Assembly (NCBI GenBank): GCA_964603145.1
Contig: CAZRTW010000002.1
Location: 1 to 36,421, forward strand
Direction: 5' to 3'
Length of the DNA stretch: 36,421 bases
DNA from: an uncultured Candidatus Saccharibacteria bacterium
GTDB lineage: Bacteria; Patescibacteriota; Minisyncoccia; Phycocordibacterales; UBA9973
Below the pieces are notes generated by a model that saw nothing but the letters and a program-made list of their open reading frames with translations, searched no databases and was not told the DNA's origin. The translations under genes and the position numbers were made by a program. This document shows positions 25,149 through 32,563 of this stretch, piece after piece; position 1 is the stretch's first letter, and each line of letters starts with the position of its first letter.

Positions 25149-25916
25149 TTAGCCCGGAGGTGCGCCGTTTTTCAAGCGGCACTCCATAAGTATTTGCTGG
25201 GACAGAAGTCTGTAATCCCAGCTGGTTCCCTCAACCACAATCCAGTAATTGAAGTGGCCGGGGGTCGCCGTAGCTGTCCGCTTTATTTCCACGGTAGTAA
25301 TTTCAGGGAAGGAATTAAATACCTTCAAAATAAACTCGGGAGAGTTTGATTTTGTAGAATTATCCCTTTGAAATTTTTTCGGTGGCATTGCTATGAAGCC
25401 GACGCCGAAGCTATCCCTGTATATTGCTACTGTTCCTTCATTTGTGGTGGTTGTATCGCTGGGGGAAGGTTCCTCAGTGTACATTTTTCTCCACGTAGTG
25501 TCTCCATTATGGGACACAGTGAAGGTGCTGGTCATCACGGTGGTGGTCGTATCACCATCTGTTATATCCATTGACGTAGTATCGCCATTTGGATGTAAGA
25601 TGGTAACTAACATACCGGAATCGGTCACGACGGGGGGTTCAAAAGTTGAGTCTACATCGTAATACATTTCAGTTGTGGTATAACCAACACCTGGAACATA
25701 GGTTGTTTGCCTCCCGTTACGTTTTTGGGATTTTTTTGTACGAGCTCCCTTCTCGCTTTTCTCGGCAGGGTTTGTGAATTTGCAATCACAGACTTTTTCC
25801 GCCTTTTTACGTAATCTTTCGCACCTCCTCTTGGAGCGAGCGGATGAGTCAAAATTGCTCATCAAGATTAACAGCACCAGTAGGACAGCTGTTAATGAAC
25901 GATAATAATGCTTCAT
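25149..25916 (-). CDS. N-terminally anchored Thr-rich protein, function unknown
   Basis: ATG 25916 gives 'MKHYYRSLTAVLLVLLILM' (signal anchor). The ORF-track start at 25964 is a TTG preceded by AGAGG and would overlap the upstream gene by 17 nt, so the start is unresolved. 'GDTT' motifs recur. Confidence 0.55.
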   Translation of the reverse strand: MKHYYRSLTAVLLVLLILMSNFDSSARSKRRCERLRKKAEKVCDCKFTNPAEKSEKGARTKKSQKRNGRQTTYVPGVGYTTTEMYYDVDSTFEPPVVTDSGMLVTILHPNGDTTSMDITDGDTTTTVMTSTFTVSHNGDTTWRKMYTEEPSPSDTTTTNEGTVAIYRDSFGVGFIAMPPKKFQRDNSTKSNSPEFILKVFNSFPEITTVEIKRTATATPGHFNYWIVVEGTSWDYRLLSQQILMECRLKNGAPPG

Positions 25917-25947
25917 TGCGGCATGATTTTGCCCAATTCTAGCATAC

Positions 25948-27096
25948 TTATCTATTTTTGTCAATAAGCCTCTCTAGGCGCTCTTTAAGCTCAGCTTTTT
26001 TACAAAATTCGGGTTTTTTTGTTTCAGGATTCAAAATGACACCGCTTTTATCAGGCAAAATCGCAATTCGTGTCTTTCCTGAAATAAAATGTTTCTGATC
26101 CTCTTTGATTTTTGGGTTACGGATACAGCCATGGCTTTTTCTTCGAGCCTCCTTGTTTTTGCTTGCCAGCGCTTCTTTCTCTCCTTTCTCACCCAAGAGT
26201 CCGTGAAGGAAAATATCTTCACCTGGGTATGCTGATGTCCCCTCAATACGCCAAAGATCATTACCGTACATTTCACGATAATAGTCTTCGATGTTTTCAT
26301 TACTAAGAACAGTAAAAGCAGTCGGCGTTGAAAGATGACTTTCTTGGTCGTTGAGTGCGTCACCTGTTTCTCGGCCAGTTAATACGCTTCCAGAACGTGA
26401 TAGTTTATTTGTTGCATCAACGAGATGTAAGGTGCCAGTTTTTTTATCAATCATTACCCAATATCCAGGGTGCTCTTTCTGCTCCTGTTGATTTGTTACT
26501 CGGTAAAGGTATACAAGCCGGCCAACGTCATCGAGCACCTCGTTGTAGAAGTGCATATCTATTTTTTCATAGAGAGCCCCGAATTTTTCCTTCTGTTCCT
26601 TAATTAATTCCTCAGCTTTACGGCTCTCTTCTAATCGTTTAATTTCAGTAGAGTCTATTGCAGGTTTTTCAGCTTTTACTGAATCAATCGGGGGAGTTTC
26701 TATCTTTACAGTATCTACCGGTGTCGGGTGGGTTGGTGCCTCAGCCTGCTTTTTGTGCTTCCGTTTTGCCTCGTTTTCGAGTAAGTTTCCTACTCCGACG
26801 AGTACTCCTCCAGCAGCCAAGCCAAGACCAACTTTAGCGGTCTTCTTCAGGAACTCACGACGGCTTTTGTTTTCCCGAGTTCCTGCGTTTATTGCTTCTT
26901 CTGTTACGATTTCAGGAGTGGGTTCCTCAGGTCCCATTTCAATGATGATTTCTTCATATTTAATAGCTAGGTCATCTCGAAGAGTGATCTTTTTTCTGCG
27001 TTCCCTGATCCTCTCTTCAATCGCTGCCATTTCAGCATCAATGTCTTCAAGGCCTTGAACTGATTTTTTGTATGAAATTTTTTCTAAGAGGTCCAT
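25948..27096 (-). CDS. L,D-transpeptidase (YkuD-type) domain protein
   Basis: C-terminal 'IFLHG...(x24)...SHGCIRNP' catalytic His/Cys motif. 'SRREFLKKTAKVGLGLAAGGVLVGVG' at aa 78-103. An alternative start is ATG 26937. Confidence 0.75.
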   Translation of the reverse strand: MDLLEKISYKKSVQGLEDIDAEMAAIEERIRERRKKITLRDDLAIKYEEIIIEMGPEEPTPEIVTEEAINAGTRENKSRREFLKKTAKVGLGLAAGGVLVGVGNLLENEAKRKHKKQAEAPTHPTPVDTVKIETPPIDSVKAEKPAIDSTEIKRLEESRKAEELIKEQKEKFGALYEKIDMHFYNEVLDDVGRLVYLYRVTNQQEQKEHPGYWVMIDKKTGTLHLVDATNKLSRSGSVLTGRETGDALNDQESHLSTPTAFTVLSNENIEDYYREMYGNDLWRIEGTSAYPGEDIFLHGLLGEKGEKEALASKNKEARRKSHGCIRNPKIKEDQKHFISGKTRIAILPDKSGVILNPETKKPEFCKKAELKERLERLIDKNR

Positions 27097-27117
27097 ATTT
27101 TATGATTTCATCACGAA

Positions 27118-27123
27118 AGTATA
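27118..27123 (-). promoter_or_regulatory. -10-like TATACT, 21 nt upstream of ATG 27096 (L,D-transpeptidase gene)
   Basis: It lies in the divergent intergenic region. The spacing is longer than for the other boxes. Confidence 0.3.
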
Positions 27124-27326
27124 CAAAACGTCAATAGTGTGTCTTTATGAAAAATAGCGGTTGACTACCCTCTCTCAGGTGCTAGGCTTATATGGCAGGG
27201 TATGTGCATACAGTATAGTACCTTGTGTACAGATTGGCTATTGTTCAAAAAGTCCTTATTTTACAAGACATTTTGAACCTTCCGAAAAGATTGTAACGAC
27301 TATGAGCTTAGAAAACCTTTGTTTTA

Positions 27327-28592
27327 ATGGTTTTTTGCAAATTTGCTCCGCTGGTCACCCATTTTAGGCTTATAGAACCCTCATATAAACGAATTTCGCC
27401 TTGTAAAATAAAGGTTTTACAAGCGAAACGACATAGTGCGCATTCAAAACTCGTCTACGGGCTTTTCGCTCTTAGCTTTTTGATTGGAACGCTCGCTCCT
27501 ATCGACACCGCCTACGCGGGCGTCTTTTCTGGTGTTTTGAAGAAAGCAGATGCCCAGACTGAAGGAGTTTCTTCCTCTACAAGTCCTGTTTCTAACTCAC
27601 AAACTACCCCAGCCGTCCTCACTTCTAACTTTGGCCCGAGCATGCTCGGCGCCGAATCTAAAAAAATCGCCACTTCTAATGTGGTGATTTCTAATGACGA
27701 GGTGGCCCTTACTCCAAGTATGGGACCAGCTGGAAACGCAGTCGAGGCAGCAGATACGGAAGAAGCTATCGGAGCGATTACCTTCTATACTGTTCAGCCT
27801 GGCGATACTATATCTTCTGTTGCTAAAATGTTCGGTATCACGGAATTGACTCTTAAGTCAGCAAACAACCTTAAGACGGGCGAAAAGCTCAAAGTTGATG
27901 AAACGCTCGTTATTCTTCCACATTCTGGTATTCAGCATACCGTTAAGAAAGGCGAAACTCTCGGGTCTTTGGAAAAGAAATACAAGGTAACTAAAGCAGA
28001 AATCATGTTTTACAACGATCTTACTGCGGAGAGTAAGCTCGTTGTAGGAGAAGTGCTCATGATTCCTGACGCAACCTTCGACGGCACATCAGATGCCATC
28101 CCTACTAAGAAGCCAACCACTAAGCCAAGTACTGGAACAAAGACGCCTGTTAATAATTCACCGATTACTGTTCATCCGGCGCGTCTTACTTCAAAGATTG
28201 ATCTTGGTACTGCAATTCTCCGACCGGTCAGTATTAACGCAAGCCGACGATCTCAAGGTATTCATGGATTTAATGGTGTTGATATTGCTGCCAAGAAAGG
28301 AACGCCAATAGTCGCACCATATGATGGAACGGTTCTCTATCTTCGAGAAAGTGGCTACAACGAAGGGTATGGAATGTATGTTATTTTGCAGTCCAATATC
28401 GATGGAAACAGGGTTCAGTTTATTATGGCGCACATGTCAGAAATTAATGTTGCGATCGGTGAAACTGTTTCCCGCGGACAAAAGATCGGTGAAGTTGGCA
28501 ACACTGGAAACTCATCAGGATCACATCTTCACTTTGAAGTTCGAGGAGCAAAAAATCCTCTGGGTACAAATGCTTACTACACTGGAGAATAA
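27327..28592 (+). CDS. LysM-domain M23-family metallo-endopeptidase
   Basis: Two LysM repeats ('YTVQPGDTISSVAKMFGI...', 'HTVKKGETLGSLEKKYKV...'). M23 motifs are 'GVDIAAKKGTPIVAPYDGTV' and 'GNTGNSSGSHLHFEVRG'. The signal peptide 'LVYGLFALSFLIGTLAPIDTAYA' starts ~40 aa after the only in-frame ATG. Confidence 0.85.
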   Translation: MVFCKFAPLVTHFRLIEPSYKRISPCKIKVLQAKRHSAHSKLVYGLFALSFLIGTLAPIDTAYAGVFSGVLKKADAQTEGVSSSTSPVSNSQTTPAVLTSNFGPSMLGAESKKIATSNVVISNDEVALTPSMGPAGNAVEAADTEEAIGAITFYTVQPGDTISSVAKMFGITELTLKSANNLKTGEKLKVDETLVILPHSGIQHTVKKGETLGSLEKKYKVTKAEIMFYNDLTAESKLVVGEVLMIPDATFDGTSDAIPTKKPTTKPSTGTKTPVNNSPITVHPARLTSKIDLGTAILRPVSINASRRSQGIHGFNGVDIAAKKGTPIVAPYDGTVLYLRESGYNEGYGMYVILQSNIDGNRVQFIMAHMSEINVAIGETVSRGQKIGEVGNTGNSSGSHLHFEVRGAKNPLGTNAYYTGE

Positions 28593-28608
28593 TTTAAAGA
28601 ATAAAAAT

Positions 28609-28646
28609 AATTAGAAACGCTCACCGTTAGGTGAGCGTTTCTAATT
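28609..28646. terminator. Bidirectional terminator shared by the convergent M23 peptidase gene and comM
   Basis: 17-bp perfect stem (aattagaaacgctcacc / ggtgagcgtttctaatt). The comM stop codon (28627-28629) lies in the 4-nt loop. Confidence 0.8.
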
Positions 28647-30171
28647 GTGGACGGTATGAGATGGCTTCAAGAATATGTTCGGGTTTTATTTCGTCGCTTT
28701 CATTAAGATCGGCGATAGTGCGCGCTAGTTTTTGTACGCGGTGATACGCGCGACCAGAGAGCACGAGGCGTTCGGCTGCCTCTCGCAGAATTTTTTCTAC
28801 ATCTTCTGTGAGCTTCACTACTTTCCCAATTTCTTTTGCCGAGAGTTCACCGTTTTTCTTTTCAGGAAGGCCGAGTGCTCGGGTGCGGGCGAACGCCCGC
28901 GCCCGAGCTCGCTCCACCCTCTCTCGAACTCCATGCGATTCAGGAGCACCTCGATCGCCGGAGAGTTTTTCATAACTCACCTCGCTTACATGAAGCGCGA
29001 TATCAATACGATCGAGAAGCGGGCCGGAAAGTTTTCTTTTGTATCGGACCAAGTCTGCAGCCGTACAAGTGCAAAATTTCTTTTTTGAATTTCGAAATCC
29101 GCACGGGCACGGGTTCATCGCCGATACAAATAAAAATTGAGCAGGAAAAACTGCAGAACCTTTCGCTCGTGCAATAGTGACAAAATGTTCTTCAAGCGGT
29201 TGGCGCAGGCTCTCCACGACACGGCGATCAAATTCAGGGAATTCATCAAGGAAAAGTACGCCACGATGCGCCAGTGTCACCTCTCCTGGTTTTGGAAAAC
29301 TACCGCCACCAATTATTGATACATACGAAGAGGTGTGATGCGGAGAGCGGAAGGGCGGAATATGAAGTGACTCCGGTGTAATTTTTTTTCCGGCAATGGA
29401 ATGAATTGACGCCACTTCCATAGCCACTTCACTCTCTAATGCAGGCAAAATTCCTGCGAGCGCTCGAGCGAGCATGGTCTTTCCGGTCCCAGGGGGTCCG
29501 TGCATAATAATGTTGTGTCCCCCCGCGGCTGCAATCATGAGACCACGCTTCGCGCTCTCTTGCCCCACAATGTCTCCGAAATCTGTATGTGGTCTATGAG
29601 AGGCGGATTCTTTTTTCTCTCGTACATAAGGAAGTATTTTTTGTGGGTGTTCTTTCCGTAAATGTTCAATACACTGTGAAAGTGTTTCAAGAGGAATTAC
29701 TCGGATACCTTCTACCAGCGCTGCCTCGTCGGCGTTTTCTTTTGGAACGTAGAGTTCAGTGAAGCCGGAGAATTTTGCAGAGCGAGCGATTGGGAGCATT
29801 CCTTTAATACTTTGCACTCGTCCATCAAGTGAAAGTTCGCCAACAAATAGTGCGTGATCAATATTTTCTGTTTCCAATCCTTCGGCGATCAGAAATCCAA
29901 GTGCGATAGAGAGATCAAAATGGGAACCTTCTTTTTTGAGATCGGCCGGAGAAAGCGATACAACCGTTTTTTGGTTTTTTGTTTTTGGCGATTCAAATCC
30001 GGAATTCTTTAATGCAGATCCGACACGGTCGCGCGCTTCATCGACGGCGCGGTCTCCAAGCCCAACAATAGTAAAATTATTTAACACTTTATGTGTTATA
30101 TCGATCTCGACGGAGACAATAACTCCGGAGAGGAGTTCTGTCTGTGCCGAGAACACGCGTGAAAATGACAT
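28627..30171 (-). CDS. comM: Mg-chelatase-like AAA+ protein ComM/YifB
   Basis: 'IIMHGPPGTGKTMLARALAGILP', 'VLFLDEFPEF', and the Lon-protease-like N-domain 'SLSPADLKKEGSHFDLSIALG'. The start is set at ATG 30171 (MSFSRVFS...), with TGCCATACT 6 nt upstream. Confidence 0.9.
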   Translation of the reverse strand: MSFSRVFSAQTELLSGVIVSVEIDITHKVLNNFTIVGLGDRAVDEARDRVGSALKNSGFESPKTKNQKTVVSLSPADLKKEGSHFDLSIALGFLIAEGLETENIDHALFVGELSLDGRVQSIKGMLPIARSAKFSGFTELYVPKENADEAALVEGIRVIPLETLSQCIEHLRKEHPQKILPYVREKKESASHRPHTDFGDIVGQESAKRGLMIAAAGGHNIIMHGPPGTGKTMLARALAGILPALESEVAMEVASIHSIAGKKITPESLHIPPFRSPHHTSSYVSIIGGGSFPKPGEVTLAHRGVLFLDEFPEFDRRVVESLRQPLEEHFVTIARAKGSAVFPAQFLFVSAMNPCPCGFRNSKKKFCTCTAADLVRYKRKLSGPLLDRIDIALHVSEVSYEKLSGDRGAPESHGVRERVERARARAFARTRALGLPEKKNGELSAKEIGKVVKLTEDVEKILREAAERLVLSGRAYHRVQKLARTIADLNESDEIKPEHILEAISYRPQLETLT

Positions 30172-30177
30172 GCGGTT

Positions 30178-30186
30178 AGTATGGCA
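30178..30186 (-). promoter_or_regulatory. Extended -10-like TGCCATACT, 6 nt upstream of comM ATG 30171
   Basis: Read directly from the sequence. It supports the shorter comM start. Confidence 0.4.
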
Positions 30187-30226
30187 AATGGTCATTAAGA
30201 AAAAATAAAGACAAAAGGATAACTTT

Positions 30227-30260
30227 CAGCCCCGCGATTCCATTAGGAATCGCGGGGCTG
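30227..30260 (-). terminator. Hairpin downstream of the DksA-like gene
   Basis: 15-bp GC-rich perfect stem (cagccccgcgattcc / ggaatcgcggggctg) with a 4-nt loop. There is no clear U-tract. Confidence 0.55.
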
Positions 30261-30304
30261 GATTGCTTTAGACTTTGAACTTTCAGACTTTCGACTTCTT
30301 GAAG

Positions 30305-30649
30305 CTACGCTTCAAGATGCTCTTTACACGTTTCAGCAGCGGGATTTGCTCCAAGACGATCTTCTTCAATCTTGCCACCGCACACTCGGCAGTTGCCAAA
30401 TGTTCCATCGCCAAGGCGCATAAGCGCATCCGTTACCTGCTTGAGACGTCCTTCGAGCGGAACAATGAGCGCGCTTTTTTCTTCAAAATCCTCGAAGCGG
30501 TCAGCCGAACTATTTGCGTCAGCTGTCTCCATCCCAGTTGTGTCAGGGGTTGCTTCCCATTCTCCGCCCGGAGCTGCTTGGCCAAGACCAGAGAGCTGTT
30601 TTATGAGTGTGCCTTTTTCTTCTTCGAGTAGTTTTTTGTAATCAGTCAT
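30305..30649 (-). CDS. DksA/TraR-family zinc-finger protein
   Basis: C-terminal 'CRVCGGKIEEDRLGANPAAETCKEH' (CxxC-x17-CxxH). The start is set at ATG 30649 (MTDYKKLLEEE...), with TGCTACGAT 6 nt upstream. Confidence 0.8.
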   Translation of the reverse strand: MTDYKKLLEEEKGTLIKQLSGLGQAAPGGEWEATPDTTGMETADANSSADRFEDFEEKSALIVPLEGRLKQVTDALMRLGDGTFGNCRVCGGKIEEDRLGANPAAETCKEHLEA

Positions 30650-30655
30650 AGAAGT

Positions 30656-30664
30656 ATCGTAGCA
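30656..30664 (-). promoter_or_regulatory. Extended -10-like TGCTACGAT, 6 nt upstream of ATG 30649
   Basis: It lies in the 19-nt gap after CDS 30669-31631. Confidence 0.35.
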
Positions 30665-30668
30665 TGAA

Positions 30669-31631
30669 TTAATGGCGGCGGATAACCTCCCCAAGCGTCT
30701 TGGAATCGGTAGCAATGACAATGGTTTTTGGGTCTATAAATGAATAGAAAAGGAGTGGCGTGCCGTCTTTTCCAATGACTGCTCGGGTATCTTGGTTCTG
30801 GATAATGAAGTCCCGAAATGGCATGCTCTGTAATTCTGATTCGCTAAGACTCGTTGTATCGATAGCAAAGAGCGGCACCATGTCATTGAAAAGTTTCTTC
30901 TCCCAATCGATCATGCCAGCGAGGAGATAGTCGTGCGCGGAGCCTTTTAAGATAAGGAAGAGATGTGAGCCACTATAATTGTAGACACCAATCTGGTATT
31001 GCGGATTAAGAGAACGAAGAAGTGTGTCAGGAGTATGAGACCCAATAATATTTAAGAACTGATTTCCTGGCAGGCGCGCTGCTTCAGTTCCCTCACCCGA
31101 GACAATAATGATGTCTTTGATGGTGCCCGGTTGGAGATTTGGTGTAGTAACGATCGCATTTATTTTGAAGATCACATCAGCGGCCTTCATCTCTTTGATA
31201 TTTACGAGCTCTGCATCTTCTGTAGAAATAATTCCAGCAGAGCGTGTATCTTCTGTTTGTACAACAACCGGCTGGTTTTCTTTTTGCTTATACACAAAGG
31301 CATACACCAAAAAGCCAAGTGCTCCGACAACGATTAGCATCGTGCCCAAAATGAAGGCAATGTTCTTTTTTGAAGAAACAGAATTTTCTTCACGTTCCCT
31401 GCGGTGCTTTTCATCTTCAGCAATAGCAATGCGCACAACAGATCCGCCCTTTTCGCGGATAGCGCTCGCAAGGTCGGAAGAAAAAGAACGTACCGGTGAA
31501 ACGTGAATAGTGTGCGGTGGCGTGTATTTCGGCACTTCTTCCTTATCAATAGCTTCAGGTGTCGGAGGAAGATGCTGTTCTGGCACAGAAGGAATTGGTG
31601 TTGTTGGTTCTGTAGGTTTAAGTGGATCCAT
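30669..31631 (-). CDS. Single-pass membrane protein, function unknown
   Basis: TM 'IAFILGTMLIVVGALGFLVYAFVY' after a Pro-rich cytoplasmic N-terminus. The start is either ATG 31631 or ATG 31649, and the latter lies inside TGTTATTAT. Confidence 0.65.
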   Translation of the reverse strand: MDPLKPTEPTTPIPSVPEQHLPPTPEAIDKEEVPKYTPPHTIHVSPVRSFSSDLASAIREKGGSVVRIAIAEDEKHRREREENSVSSKKNIAFILGTMLIVVGALGFLVYAFVYKQKENQPVVVQTEDTRSAGIISTEDAELVNIKEMKAADVIFKINAIVTTPNLQPGTIKDIIIVSGEGTEAARLPGNQFLNIIGSHTPDTLLRSLNPQYQIGVYNYSGSHLFLILKGSAHDYLLAGMIDWEKKLFNDMVPLFAIDTTSLSESELQSMPFRDFIIQNQDTRAVIGKDGTPLLFYSFIDPKTIVIATDSKTLGEVIRRH

Positions 31632-31639
31632 ACGAAATA

Positions 31640-31648
31640 ATAATAACA
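31640..31648 (-). promoter_or_regulatory. Extended -10-like TGTTATTAT, 8 nt upstream of ATG 31631
   Basis: Read directly from the sequence. It overlaps the alternative ATG at 31649. Confidence 0.35.
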
Positions 31649-31676
31649 TATTGCGTACCTTGAATTACATAATTAG

Positions 31677-31705
31677 AAATAGCTCTTCGTTGCGAAGAGC
31701 TATTT
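31677..31705 (-). terminator. Hairpin terminator after CDS 31727-32467
   Basis: Stem aaatagctcttcg / cgaagagctattt (13 bp) with a 3-nt loop. Confidence 0.7.
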
Positions 31706-31726
31706 CAAAATAGATAAATCATGCAA

Positions 31727-32467
31727 TTACGTTTCAGGAAGAGGATTGGCAGTTTCCTTCCCCCTTTTACGCCAAAGAATAAATGCGAGTCCTATTAAGA
31801 TTGTTGTAATAGTAGCAAGCGTCTTCGTCAATGGAGAAAAATGTACATAGTCAAAACTTTCAGATGTTCCAAAAGCAAATAAAAATGTACCTATTAGAAA
31901 AGATATCAAACTTACCTGGTTGTCATCATGGATCTCCATCCGAGGGGTTTTAAGTGACATTCTGGATATTATTAAGAACAAAAATCCCAGAAGGGCAATA
32001 ATAATCCAGTTATTACCATTAATGAGCGGAGTAACCTCGAATCTTTGGATAAATCCCCGGTCGTATTTTACGTACGTTTTTACCACTTCTGACTTTGGGC
32101 GGAAAAATTCCAGGAAAGAGGATGCGGGGTAGATAACTTTTTCTACATTCGTGTGAACTTCCCTTGTGGGGTCACGGTAGAGAGCAATCATAATATTGTA
32201 CATGTCTCCAGTTTCTGAATTTTGTACATCGAACCAAGTGTCTTCATAACGGAGTGTCTTTAACAGTGTTGCTGTTGCAGTTTGGAAACTGTCGCCCTGC
32301 CAGGCTTCAGTTGTTTTCCATACTTGCATGATTGTCCCGGTGTCCGTGCTGTAGAAATCATAGAGATAACCTTTGTGCCGGTCATCACTATAGATTAATT
32401 TTTTTGTTCCTGCGTGCGCGACAAGGGCGCTCACTCCTAAAAGGAGGAAGATGATTATCTGTTTCAT
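31727..32467 (-). CDS. Membrane protein with signal peptide and C-terminal TM helices, function unknown
   Basis: ATG 32467 gives 'MKQIIIFLLLGVSALVAHA'. The ORF-track start at 32521 is a TTG lying inside the pnp terminator hairpin. Confidence 0.65.
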   Translation of the reverse strand: MKQIIIFLLLGVSALVAHAGTKKLIYSDDRHKGYLYDFYSTDTGTIMQVWKTTEAWQGDSFQTATATLLKTLRYEDTWFDVQNSETGDMYNIMIALYRDPTREVHTNVEKVIYPASSFLEFFRPKSEVVKTYVKYDRGFIQRFEVTPLINGNNWIIIALLGFLFLIISRMSLKTPRMEIHDDNQVSLISFLIGTFLFAFGTSESFDYVHFSPLTKTLATITTILIGLAFILWRKRGKETANPLPET

Positions 32468-32474
32468 ATTGGCA

Positions 32475-32480
32475 ATTTTA
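32475..32480 (-). promoter_or_regulatory. -10-like TAAAAT, 7 nt upstream of ATG 32467
   Basis: Read directly from the sequence. A second candidate, TGACATACT, lies at 32512-32520. Confidence 0.3.
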
Positions 32481-32519
32481 AGTGTTTTTCCAACCCTACA
32501 ATTTGGTGGGTAGTATGTC

Positions 32520-32552
32520 AAACGCCGCCGTCTCGAAGAGACGGCGGCGTTT
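32520..32552 (-). terminator. Hairpin terminator after pnp
   Basis: 14-15-bp GC-rich stem (aacgccgccgtctc / gagacggcggcgtt) with a 3-nt loop. Confidence 0.7.
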
Positions 32553-32563
32553 CTATTACAGTA

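Noticed and set aside
27097-27326. A riboswitch (for example the cyclic-di-AMP/ydaO type that often precedes cell-wall hydrolase genes) in the 230-bp region upstream of the LysM-M23 gene.
   Set aside because: I could not find the conserved ydaO core elements or any convincing multi-stem architecture by eye. Only short palindromes are present. A covariance-model scan would be needed to reverse this call.
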